Source of the DNA: Fimbriosthenelais zetlandica
Taxonomy: Eukaryota
DNA: 64,000 nucleotides
Direction of reading: 5' to 3'
Assembly: GCA_977030845.1 (NCBI GenBank)
Contig: OZ365114.1
Span: forward strand, 15,934,001 to 15,998,000
Both the position numbers and the translations under genes were made by a program. The notes under the pieces were generated by a model. That model worked only from the letters and a program-made list of their open reading frames with translations, searched no databases and was not told the origin of the DNA. This document shows positions 1 through 13,183 of the stretch, piece after piece (the stretch's first letter is position 1; every line of letters starts with the position of its first letter).

Positions 1-3000
1 GGGGATGCAGAGGAAGTTTTAAAAAGTTGGAAACCATCTCTATGGATCTGAGTGGAAGCTGTTTGTAATGGCTTACTTTCCCAAAAGGGATAGCAGAAGA
101 GGAGTTATAATATTAACTGTATGGATGGATGGCATGATTCAATTTATGCATGCATAGATGAGCGGATGAATGAATAGATTATTGAAATTGATAGACGGAT
201 TGATGGATGATGAAAAATCGGAGCAAAGTATATGGACGATCTCATCTTAATAAATTGCACTGAATTAACTAACCGACGCCAAAGTAAAAGATCACTCTTT
301 CCGGATGTTATTGTAGTTGGTTATGGGAAGGTAAGGACTTACTGAGGGAAGTGAAGGATCTATGGACCTCCCCCCATCTCTGGATGCAACAAGGAGAAAG
401 CCATACTCATCTGTCGTGTGGAGGGATAGTAGGGGGTGGATTTCCGCATGAAAGATAACAGTAGAGGGATGATAACGGAGGGTCCTGGGCGACAAAAGGT
501 CGTTATTAACACGAGGGCTCTAAGCAGGGGGTTGTGTTGTGAGGGTTAGGAGATCAAAGAAAGGCCGTCATCCAGTCTCGAGGCACTGATTGCCATGGGT
601 CGTCACCTAATATAGCTAGATATGGTCCTAAATTGTCCACATACGACTCGTATATAAATACATGCTAGATCAAAACTATTTGGCACAGCTACAAACCTCT
701 TCCAGGTACTTGTCTACAATGTTATAAAGGCAATAAACTATTTATCTTGTGAAATTTCCATTACCAATATTATCAATTTTGCAAGGTTGTATCCTGGCTC
801 CTAATTGGAATTTTGAAAAGATATTTTCAACAAAGTGTGAGGAATCTCTCCCTCAATCTGTTGGAGAAAATGAATCTTTGCTACATTCCATTTAGAAGCA
901 GAGATACAACCTACTTCCTGAAAAACAGCCTTGTAAAACTGTATGGACTTTTGAGGAAAATATTAATTTTCGGGAACTACATATTATGAAAGAACTTGTT
1001 TAACCATCACTTCCAGGTCGTTGTGTAAAACGTTATAAAAGCAAGTAAGAACTTTCCATCGGATCGAAGTGAGAGTCGCGGTTTCAACCTCAACTTTTAT
1101 TACGCTATACATTTTGGCATCAGCATCGTTTCAACTGCCTTCTTAAAAGGGACGGATCTTTTCTCTGACATTTAATTGGTGGGGATTGCCACAGATTTCC
1201 ACTTATAATATATTGTAATGGTCCCTCAGATGCAACACGTGTGATAACCAAGGGCCCATATAATATACAATGGTGCACCACAGACAGACACATTATGATT
1301 ACACGGAGGGATGGAGATCTCAGGCAATGGCCTTTTTCTTTCTCTCCCCCTCTCAACTCTCAAGAACATCCTAAGTGTATTTACACTCAGGATGTACCTT
1401 TTCTTAAGGAGGAATGAATGAAAAATGGTCGTTACAAAGGCTAGGTATAGCGTGCCCCATATGGTCAGGTTTAATAGTGCTGAGAATCACACGCGAGGAG
1501 AGACAAGAGAGGGGGGAGGTCACTAGGGACGGTTGTCCTTAGGGGGCTGTTTCTTAAAAAGAAGGGAAGATGTGTTGCATAATGTAATAATAAGTGTATG
1601 AAATATATATGTGCATGGCACTGAACTGGGAGTTACCTTAAAAGTGGTTTTAAATTGAACCAAAGGGAATTAACGTTACTTTTTTTCGAAACAGACCCCG
1701 GTCGCCGAACAAGTGTGTGTGACAAGTGTAAACTGCACATATATGTAATATTCCCATAGGTTACGTCGTGAATGCCTATCCACTTTTACACGTACGCACA
1801 TATTTATCTGTGTAACCAATGATGGGTCTTCGCATTCATAGAGTAAAATGTGACATTGAGCATCTTACATGCTCCGACGAGAGCCTTTGTGGACTTGCGA
1901 AACAGACATGTTTTAACCCATGCAAATGGAGTGTATGCGCATTCTATCCTATCCAACTCAGTTGATCAATGCATGCATTCTATTTTCCATTTTCCCTGTA
2001 TAATTCTTATTCCTCCTTTGACATTATTTTCTTTCTGTGTTGAGTTAATTAAAAAAAACTGCCTACCTACCATTGAAGGGTCCTAAATTTCTCCTTCCGC
2101 AAGGTGTTGGGATATTCGTCCTCTGTACAGGATGACTTATTTCACCTACCTATCAATTAAAAAAACATTGATTACAACCACTCCAACCATTAATATTATT
2201 CAATTTAATCTGTTTATCAATATAGTTCATCAGTTAAAAGATGAATTACAATAATTGCAGGTAATCTATTTGGAAGAAGATGTAATCAAGAAGCAGTTCT
2301 TTCAAGGTTCTTGCTTGATGATATGAACTATAAGGCAAGACAGGAAACATCATGAAACTAGGCACAATTAATCCCTAATAACCCCAACTACTACAAGTCT
2401 TTGATCCCTGACCCAATTAAAATAATGATATACCTATCTCAATAAAGAGAAAAAACAGGCTGAAAACTAGCACATTAGAAGCATGGTTGGATGGCTAGAT
2501 AAGACAAATATGATTTATGTTGGAATTATATCACTTATACAATGTCTGTTATAATTTTCGGCAAGATAAGTGGATTAGCCTGACGTATGTAGGCCTACAA
2601 ACTTAAAAAAATGGCCCTTTGCTATAATTGGTGTATTAGAAATCTTCACCGAATTCACTTTTAGAGTGGGGGAGGAAATAAACGGGGCAAAGGATCTTGG
2701 TGATGGGTGTGAGAGGGAACCAGGGTGGGTGGGGGACTGCAAGAAAAATGACTGAAGAAAGGATCTAGCACATGACTTATCGACAAATTCTGCATGTAAG
2801 AACCAGAAATCATTGTACAGCATAGGACTGATTTTCTGTTTAGAGCAGTCGAAATGGAATGGTCCCATGCACTCATAACTAGCAGGAATAGCAGCAGAAA
2901 TGATAAAAACTTCATGTGCAAAATGCATCATTTATTTTCTCTATTTTGCTAATAGCTCAAATTAAGTAGGGCATAAAACTTCCCCAGTGAAATACAGACC

Positions 3001-3001
3001 A

Positions 3002-3057
3002 GGGGATGGGGAGTTTGGGGGAGGGGTGGGGGTGTTACACAAGTAGGGGGGGGGGGG
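3002..3057 (+). other. G-tract cluster with G-quadruplex potential
   Basis: Five runs of four or more G with short loops, then a G12 run. Confidence 0.5.
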
Positions 3058-5666
3058 TGATGTTTAATCCATAGAGCGAGCTGAACAATGTTTGTAGCAT
3101 AACATGAAAACGTTGCTATAGTAACATGTGAGGGAATGAGTCATCCTGGGTCATACTACAGAGAACACCTATCCTTTACTATAGGATCTATGCTTGGTTG
3201 CCTCCATTGCTTCATCCCATCAACAGTGTCTTCTAGGCTCGGTTCAAAATTAACAAGTCACCAACAATGAAAGTTCAGAGGTTAATAGAGGGGAGGGCAA
3301 AAATGATAGACGAAGAGGTAAATCAAGTATGTAACTATGTCAATCAGATAATTGCATTCTAAGCATTTCACTGCAGAACTGTGTTGAATGCGTGTGGCAA
3401 TTGTTTCCTGATATCATTATTTATCAGCTACTGGGTTAATTCTTCTGGATCTGTCAGGAAATGGTGGGAACTAGTTCTACTCAGATTTCATGTAGAATGC
3501 ATGTGTGAGAGCATTTGAATCAATAGCCTTCTGCAGTAGGAATTTCAGCGAAACCTCCTGAGGTCATAGAAAAATATATATATATGGGTGCCTTGAGGAT
3601 AAGTATATGCCACGTGTTGAATATTAATCTGCAGATTAAACATTTGTTCATGAAAACTGTGATTTGATCAGGATAGACTGCACTGAGGGTGGTTTAAACC
3701 TTTCTGCTCAAATATTGAATGGGTATTTAGGGTCATTTTTAGTGGATTTAAGCCTGCGGGATTCGTGAGCTCGTCCACTTATGATGGTAAAGCATATACA
3801 ATAATGCCTTCTGATGATACTCGCAAACATAGCAATAGATATAATTAGCATGACAGAAGGTCCATGGGTTTTCCTTTGACAAGTAGAGATACCCAATGTT
3901 ATATGGGGTTGAACTCAGGTCTGAGGACAAGCCTACTTAAATTGACCAAACAATAATGCTCTATTTATACCACAAACCTATCCCAATTGACAAGTTTCTG
4001 CAATCATGGAACACAGCTTACCTTTGGGACGGGTCTTAAAAGAAGGTGACAACTTAAGGTCAAACTTGGGTAATGCAAGGTGTGAATTACAAGGAAATTC
4101 TCACAAGTGGCACAAAGGAGTTCATGATCAGTTACTCTATAAAATTGGGTGATCAGTTTAGGTCAATCATGTCTGTCCTTAGCTGACTATACTGACTTCT
4201 CCTTCTCACAAAGAACCCAGTCATTGACAACCTTTGAGAGACTGTAGCTTATTTGCCTATGATGAAGTGGATGCTTTTAAACTATCATCAATCCATGTGA
4301 ATGGGTTTGGAGATTGGAGAGACACTGATATGGGCCTAGTTCAAGGTAAAATTGATTGAAAATATAAATTGGAGTGTGCTTCGATTTCAGGTAGTGCCAT
4401 ATACCACGGGATCACACGTGTTATTCGATAGTTAGAAGTGGCATTTTGAAGAGTTTTTATGTTCATTGGCAACGTTTTATGGATGGTGACAAACAAACTT
4501 TAATGTACGAATTGAAACTACATTGCTCTTTCTAAACCATTAAATCTAACAACTCAAAAACCCCACAAGTAAAATGACTTTTGTTTTTGAAGAACAATGT
4601 AGCTTTTCTAGAAATTATACACAATGAATGAGAAAAGAGTAAATGTTTTGTATTGCTGCATGCAAGTGAATGAAATTTAAAGCATTGTATAACTATGAAC
4701 AATGAGGAATCCTGAAACGTATATTTTTTTCTTGTTTACCATTGAATCACATTTATAGCAAGGACATCAAGGACTGGCGAGGAGAACCAAGCAAATTACT
4801 TTTTATGATCTTCATGATAAACTATTGAAGGTAACCTTATATTATTTGCATAAAAATGTTCCTCTACAGTTGAGTTTTAGAACTTGTAAACCTTTTACAC
4901 CTTGCTGTGGGTTTGCTGATTGGAAAAATAAAATTTATGTTTCTACTTTATGTAGACAAGTATAGCCTGAAGTGGTTCCCGTACCTTTTCCCCCTGTGGC
5001 TAGTAAACATAAACAATGCTTAAGGAGGACGTCCCACACAAAATGCGAGCTAATTGTTATCTGATTGTCACAAAGAAAGAGCAGGTCCTGGGAGGGTGCC
5101 AAATAGCTTGTATATTGCCAGTGGAGTCAGGGGTCTCACGTCTTCAAGGCTATGTCTTCCCTGACCCACAGGGGAGCAATTGTCATTGCTGTTTCCATGG
5201 AAATTAATGTTTCCATCATCGACTTTTTCCCATGAAATGTAAAGTATGACGGAGGAGTAACTTATCACAATGGGATGATGATTCAGTCAATTTGTGATGT
5301 TACAGCTTATCAAACATGAGAAAGCCGAGGGAACAATGAAACACCCAAAACAATTGGCAAACTATAGGAGTGTATTCTGGCAAGATAAAAGTGATAATGC
5401 GTTATCTCCTGGATTGCCTCATCAGAACCAAATCATCCTGTCACTCATTCTATGAATCATGGTTCCATGGATGAGTCAATCAATTAGAAAATTTGACTCA
5501 TATAATCTGAACTCATTATCGAAATTAAATTTACATATAAGCGACTTCAAAAGAAAAAAATAGACTATTTCTATCACTTTTAGATTAAAAAATCTAAACT
5601 TTTTTCAAAGTTCATTAAAATGGTGGCCAAACCTATCAAAAATGATCTGCACTTGGGAGTCAGACT

Positions 5667-5706
5667 GACTGACTGCATCACATGCAGACTGAATGCATCA
5701 CATGCA
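5667..5706. repeat. 20-bp tandem duplication GACTGA(C/A)TGCATCACATGCA
   Basis: Two adjacent copies with one mismatch. Confidence 0.85.
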
Positions 5707-8700
5707 ACAACATTGAACATAATATTATTCATTAATTCTAATTGCTGATGATATTACAGATGACAAAGCAAAACATGCAATTAAACTCCATGAATACAAC
5801 ATACTTTCTTTGGAGGTAAACACAAGCAAACACTGCACGTTTTCTTAAACCTTCATGCTCATAGTAATTAAACCCTGTTTACGCTCTAGCTGATTACACC
5901 TCTGCTACATAGCATAGACTCTGTTTATATATCTATGCCTTATCAAACACACATAAATTTTCAAAGTAAAAAAATGGGAATAATCACCGAAAAGAACTTA
6001 TTCTTGTCCTCCCCTGCCCTGATATTATATTGGCCTCGTGGTGAAGGCCAAAATAGTATAGAAATTTTTCTAAGAAATGGCCACCTTGCGTGGTCTTACG
6101 AGTCAAATGAGGATCGTGTATATCCGATTCTAGCACCCCACGAACTTCTCCTTATGCCCTCGTACCTCACACCTATCATTAACCATTCACCTATAGGAAA
6201 GTATCTTGTTACCTCATTGTAGTAACCTTATGCTAGCCCCTCATTGCTGTCACACACTTGTATGTACATGTTTGAATGACAAGAGTAGAGAGCGGGTGGA
6301 GGGGGGTGGGACACTTAACGGGGGAGGGGGTTTTGAAAGCATTGGAAGATCAAAGAAAACCTAGAGATCCAACCATACACATGGTCATGACACCTCAATG
6401 TGTCCTCAGAGGTGAAAATGTTGGGTCATCTTCAATGGTGGGACATTGTGGAAAGTGTCTCAGTCTAATTGTAAGGAGTAACCAAGCATTGTTCTCTTAC
6501 ACACTCCGTGAGGCATCTTCCCAAGGGGATAATTGTTCTATTGACCCTAAATCCCCGGGAAATTTTGATAGAGTGAAGAGAAGTATGGTTCTATTGTCCT
6601 GGGCATATCAATGTCATTCATGGTTGTCAGTTGGTCAGATGGAAAATTGGCGTATGGTGTCCATGTCCTTGGTCAGGTGAAGGGGGAATCAAGGATAAAA
6701 GGGAACAGATAGGATCAAGACTTTTCTCCCACTTAAGGTCATGTTTAAGGGTAAACTGAAACAGAATAAAGGTATGCTACCAAACGAGAGCCCTTAAAAC
6801 CTGTCCACATGTCTAGGATGAAGATTAACATTATTTCAAAGGCTGACCTCATCGGAAAAGAAGACCAAGATTTATTTTCTGGCTTATTCTTTCATGAGTC
6901 TAGTTGGGGACTGATTTAGGTTGACATCTCCTGGGACGAGGATTGTTCCACTCAACTCTGAAAAGGAATATGATATCTAAGTTGCCTTGGTAACCTTTAC
7001 ATTTAGACGCAATCTCAGTCATTGTTGCTTATTCCCCTGGGCGATAATAGGGAAACATGGCCCTTCAGAATAATAAGAGCATTCAGTGCCTTGTCCATTT
7101 CAAGTGCAGCCAACATTTGTGAAACTTCTGACAAATGGAAAGCATTAAAAGTATTAAGTGTCATCTAAATTTTACATTCAGTTTCAGTAGATGAAAAGGT
7201 ATGTAAAGCAAAGCAAGGCCAGGAAATGGTTATCAGTCAAATTCATACAGTTTATGATACCTTCTTGTCAATCGTATTCGTAGAACCCTATCATTAGCAT
7301 GATCGATATGCAAGATGATATTATCTTCCATCTTCCAAAACCATGTCCCATGACATTGTCCCTGATGCACTTGCAAAACATTCTTTCAAGGTGTAAACCT
7401 CCATCTTGATTTCCATCTTGCTGTTTTGAGCTTTTTAATTTTTCGATATCCATTTGGGTACCGTACTGCAAACAATTGTAATTGAAGGATCAGGAGATTA
7501 AAAGGATTATGTAGCCCAGCCGTCATGGTGACAATTTAACAGTTCCTGCCAGGCAGACAACATTTGGTTCTGTCATGTCAGTTTGCCTGATGACTTAGCT
7601 GCCAAGGGTTTGTTTCAGGTGAGTCGGCCTATTGTTGGGAGCTGGATGTTCGTCTGCCTTGGAACCCTCCCAAGGAGTCTCTATAGTATAACAAAACCCA
7701 ATACAACCTTTCTATGACTATGGCTAATAATGACATTGTAGAGCAAGACAGCAATATGGAATACATTTGGCCAATTAGATAATTTACCTTTAACTTTTCT
7801 TATTAATTGCCCAATTTTGTTTAATGTTTAATATCAAATTTAAATAAATTAGAGATAAGTAACATGAAATTAATAGCAACAATAAAGCGTCTCATTAGAG
7901 GTATCGCTAATGACTAGGTTTAGAGGGAAGCCTTTTGGTCTGGATGTCTGAGATGGAACAGTGAAGGCAGACAAAGCAGGGTTCATTTGTGTGTGTGCTT
8001 GAGATCTTTCGATGACATTACTCGATTTAACACCAACTCAAGCGAGCTTCATTCTTCTCTTATACATGCTTAGGTGTTCTCCTTCAGTTGGAATGGAGAC
8101 CTTGTAGTGGGATCCACCAGGTCAGAAATAATGGCATTTTAATGGCATTCTAATGCCAGTAATGGAGAACATATAGGTGGATCATTTGCCCCCGCTTTTA
8201 TTTACTTGAAAGGTAATTGTCCTCTTTGTATCATGTCTTATAAATGTTCTTGCTATTCTCTTCTTTCATTTCCTGCTCCAAAGGTGCCACAGATGTGGGG
8301 AATTGAACAGATGCCCTGGAATTGAGCCAAGATGTTGTGGGTGGGCCGGTAGCTTTCAGAGTCGTGCCTAGACCACAAACCAGAGTATTATATATAAACT
8401 CTCACTAAAGATAAATGCATGGTAAAACGGAGAAAAATTACATAAAAAGGCATCAGCAGGGGAAACGCAAGGGCAAAGCTGCTTTTTCCCAAAAAAGCTT
8501 TAATAATGGGAAGTGAACATTAAGTGCAATGAAAGAAGGATATGGCCCATTTTTAGCAGTGTTATATATTAGCAATTAATGAAAGGAAGCAGAGAGTGGA
8601 GGAAACGTTTGCTTATGTAATTTGCTATTCTTTTATCCCACAAATTGGGCATTTTTTGATAATGATGATAACAGAAATTGGTGTGGATAAAACATCAATA

Positions 8701-11700
8701 TAAAGAAAATCATATACCGGTGACAGACTAATAAATCTATATTAAATGACAATGCATTCAGTCAATTGTCTGCAATTTGGATGGGGTGTAAAGTTTAAAA
8801 CATCACACCAAAGGCTCAATGTGACATAATATATTATAATATTACACATACTTTATGGTGTGGATGACAATTACTAGTACTTTTAAAAACAAGTCAAAAG
8901 TAACTAAGTGTAAATAACTATTAATGACAAGCTGCCAGACAATGTATTATTCAGAATATAATATACACCAACCTTGTCATGCTTATTTATCAGCTGATTG
9001 CAATGCAATTCTTTTCTGAGAAAAATGTTATATTATTCATCTCTGATACCCATTCATTTGGTAAAACTTAATATCAGATTTATTACCAAGGGGCAAATAA
9101 TCTCTATATAATTATAATATGTCTCAGTCTGATTCTGAGACAAGCAGTGTGAACTTCACCTGATGGGAATAGATGCAGTCCACTATACACTTCCAACCCT
9201 ATGCTTACTTGCAAAAATAAGGAAAGGAAAAGATTGTCGAGGGGTGCAATGTTTGCACTTGATGAGAGGTTTGCACTAATTCCTCAGCCCCTTTGGGAGG
9301 GCATCTTTCTCGTGACAGCAGGATTATCCATCCTCTCTGCCATTTCCTGGGCACCAAGGGGTCCGTTTCAGAATAAAGCGATGAGATAAGCAAGTGTTAA
9401 TTTATATATTTGACTGCTATGCTGATTCAATGCCCAAAAGCAGCATGGAAATTATCATACTACCCTGGGAATATCATTTTTGTTATGGTCACGTTGAGCA
9501 CAAATGAATGCCAGATTTCACTCAATGATCCGTCATGTTGCATTTCATTGTACATCATCATAAGCATTTTATTATGACACAGACCCCTGGCCTGCTCCTT
9601 TTGCAGAAGTGGAAGGTAAAGAGACGTGGGGCCATTTTATGTGCTTGAGAAAAGCAGGCCTATGTGTACAGTCAAAAAGGAAGACGAGGAACTGTCTCCA
9701 TATGACCAATTGTCAGAGTGATGGCAGTTTTTCTTCATGTATCTTTTGCTTTTGTTAGTCTTGGGGATGGGAAAATGGAAGAGTGACATATAGACAGAGG
9801 AGTATAAGAAAAAGATATAGAAGAAAGAGAGAGCGGGAGAGACTAAGATAAAAAGGGTTTCGGTTTCTAGTTTGCTAGTTTCAGATTGTTGGAGCTAATT
9901 ACAACTTAGGAACAGCATAAAAATGTACTTGCATAAGAGCAAGCCATAATAAAGTAGAATATACAAATTCAGGAAAACCTCTTGTTTAGTATGTATACAC
10001 TTAAGTGAGAGCTGAATCTCAAGTTCCAAAAGGGCCTTCTTCAAAGCGATCCAGGTGGAAATGCATTGCACTTCAATACCATTTCCGGTCGGTGTATCAT
10101 GCATGATGTCCGCTAGGTAGTCTTCGGCGACGATTCATGCATCAACATTATGCATTAACCTTCCGAATCATTAAGCCATGTATCCGGCCATGCATCGTTT
10201 ATATATGCTCTACGCACATCTATATTATTCCAGTACACCTTGGGCTGGCTTGGTGCCCATCTTCGTCCCATTTCCGGGATTTGATGCTAATTGTGAGCTT
10301 AAGCGATTAATTAGAGGCACATTATTCCTTCAGCCGAGCATATGGATTAAGCGAAGCTTACTCTGCCACAGTCATTTTCATTTTTTGGGCTTTTCAAAAC
10401 ATAAAATGACATCTCGCCATTCGCTTCAATACAACCCTATTGCATACTAGATTGCTTACTTGGTCGCGCAATTTCATTTTAACTGCAGAAATATTGAGTG
10501 GATCACTAAGGACTCTTGTTTACGTAATAATTTTTATTTTTTCTTTCCACTTAAAGGAAAATGAAAACAGTCAGAATCTGTCATACATCAAACCAGACAT
10601 AGAGGACAATAGGGAGACATGGGAACAATGGTTCAGGCTAAAGGTTACCACTATACTCCCTACCCAACGAGCCAAAAAAGCCTTGGGAGTACTTGACATT
10701 GTCAACTTATTCCATAGATCAAGAAAAACATTTTCTAATCAACAACGTAATTTATCTAGAGGACAGAACAAAGATGAAATTAATCTTAGAGAAGATTGGC
10801 CTGCAACAACATGAATAAAAAAAGTGCCGCATGAGACAATATTCCTTATTAAAGATAACTATTTCTTTTAAGCATATTTGTATGATGCAAAGGACAGGTA
10901 TAAAGGACAAATTTAATGTCTTCGTCTCAAGATCGATTGGCTATGACCTCCTGATTTAAGACATTTTGCTAGCTAAAGAAGGAGCGATGAGTTGACAATT
11001 AGGTCCTAATGCATGGACTTTATAGCCTTTAGCCAGACACATTTGGCAGCCTCAGAGCCAAGTCAAACAGGGAAGCATCAGAACTTAGGCAGTTGACACT
11101 TTGCTGGCAAAATAGGAGAAAGAGGACCTTCCTAAGAAATATTTTGAAAAAGGCGGGAACTACTTTCTTCCCAACAATACAGTGGCTAAGGGGTGATGGA
11201 CTACTTCCTTCCGGGTGTAGGGATACATAGACTAATGTAGATGAGGATGAGATGTTGTTCCCATTCTGTCTGAAGACAACAAATATCTTTTCTATGCTTT
11301 CCGGGTTCTATGAGCTTCTTTCATACAGGAAGGATTGTTCTGTTGTATTATGAGTCCAATATAAAGTCTTCAGACATTGTAGGGAAGGGTTGAATGAACT
11401 CTGTGTAGTAGAGAACTACTAATAGCCTTGTCCTCACGTTCTTCTTTTCTTTGGACTTCCTTAATCACGTTAAAAATCACCACAATCCTACTGCAAATAA
11501 GGAGCAGACACTTCTCATCCTGCATCCAAGGCACTTTTTGAAAGGCTCTGTCTGAATATAATATTTAAAGCCTATATGCAGTAGTACTACACGCTATGAC
11601 CAAGGGAAAGTTTTGGTAACCTGGGGGCCATTCCATAAAAAGAGAAAAACAAATTTTTCCCTTTACATCCAAACACTCATTAGTGATGCATTATTTTTTT

Positions 11701-13139
11701 CTAATCTTGTACGATTAACGTTAAGAGTGATCTGTATTTTTGGTTCTTATAACATGGTTCGTCAAGAGAGTTATCATTGGTCATCTCTTCAAATGTATTT
11801 TCTGAATTGGCCCCGGGTTTATATATGTAACACGTCACCCCTGTCCCTCTCCTCCTGTTGCCTCCGATTTACACAATCTGTGAGGTGAGATTGAGAGGGA
11901 GTGAGAGACAAGAGGGCAAGTTGGTGAAGGGGGGTCATTCAGAGAGGAGGTAAACATAACCCCCAGAATCCCAGGTACAGATAAACTAAGACCTGCTGCA
12001 AAACCCAGACATCATGCCTTCCTCACTCCTCCACAGATCAAGTTAAGGTTCAGAATAAAGGAAGCGATTGAAGGGTTGCTACGTGAGAGGAATGGCTAAT
12101 CCTGCTGCAGATGCTGCAGAAATTTTTTTTTCCCAAATGGCCTTCCGAGGTTGCAGGCTGTGATGCTGTGACATTTTTTTTGGCAGAAAAAAAGTCTGTT
12201 AAATCCATTTGTTTTATTCATTTGATATTCACAAGGAAGAAACGAATTTTTTCGAGAAAGTCACTCAAAGGGATGAGTAAGTGAATATCAAGATGATATT
12301 ATGAAAATTCAAGCAATCTGGAAGGTAGAGGTTATAATGGACATTTTTCCCCAAACGGCCTTCCAAGATGGCAGGTTAGGATGATGTGGAAAAAATTTCT
12401 TGAGAAAAAAGGTTATTATGGAATAACTTGATCTGATGGGTTTCTTTTACATTTAAAGGGTTTCAATTGGCAGATATTTACAATGTGCATATTGGCCAAG
12501 GTTATTTCCATGGCATCAGGCAGATCTTGCATCCAATGCATGGATCGGAGGGGAATCACCAAGAGAAGGAGCATTGTCTGATCAAGGCCTTGAGAGACGA
12601 GAGAAAATAGTTCGCAATAAATGTTTGCTTTGTCCGTAATAGAGATCATAGTAAACTGAAATGATGCTTAAGGCAAATTTGGAACGAGTTAACACCTTCA
12701 AATTATACCCTTACCGCACACATGGGACCACTTTAATTCGCAATAAAGCTCAGACAGTTGTAGCATGATGCATGCAGTGTAACGAAAGGAAACAATTTCA
12801 TTCAATTTTTCCATTCCTATGCTTATATGACTGATATCTTTCCTGGCATGAACCCACAAGCTCTCTCTCACTAACTTGGGTTACTTTATTCTGTACACTG
12901 AGACAATTGTCCATTCAATTTTGCCTTAAGTGGATACATTATTATAAATCGGTGTATTGTGTGTAAAAGCTTTATGTTCGAGTAAACAGTGTGTAATGTT
13001 CACTGAAATAGAATGAAATTAAGTGTTGTGGAACAGTAGATTTGGCCAAGAGTCTAGCTTGGATTTGATTCAAAGTTTAAAGGTTATGAATTCAGAAATG
13101 TTGGATATTGCTATGGCCTTGAGAGAAGAGAAGCTGGTT

Positions 13140-13183
13140 GGGTGGGTGGGGGGTTGAGGGGGTGGGAGGAGTGGGGCTGGGGA
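13140..13183 (+). other. G-tract cluster with G-quadruplex potential
   Basis: GGGTGGGTGGGGGGTTGAGGGGGTGGGAGGAGTGGGGCTGGGG. Confidence 0.5.

Noticed and set aside
10580-10814. PDIEDNRETWEQWFRLK...RAKKAL resembling a Gypsy gag N-terminus
   Set aside because: Only a vague W..W pattern; no LTR, protease, RT or integrase nearby.
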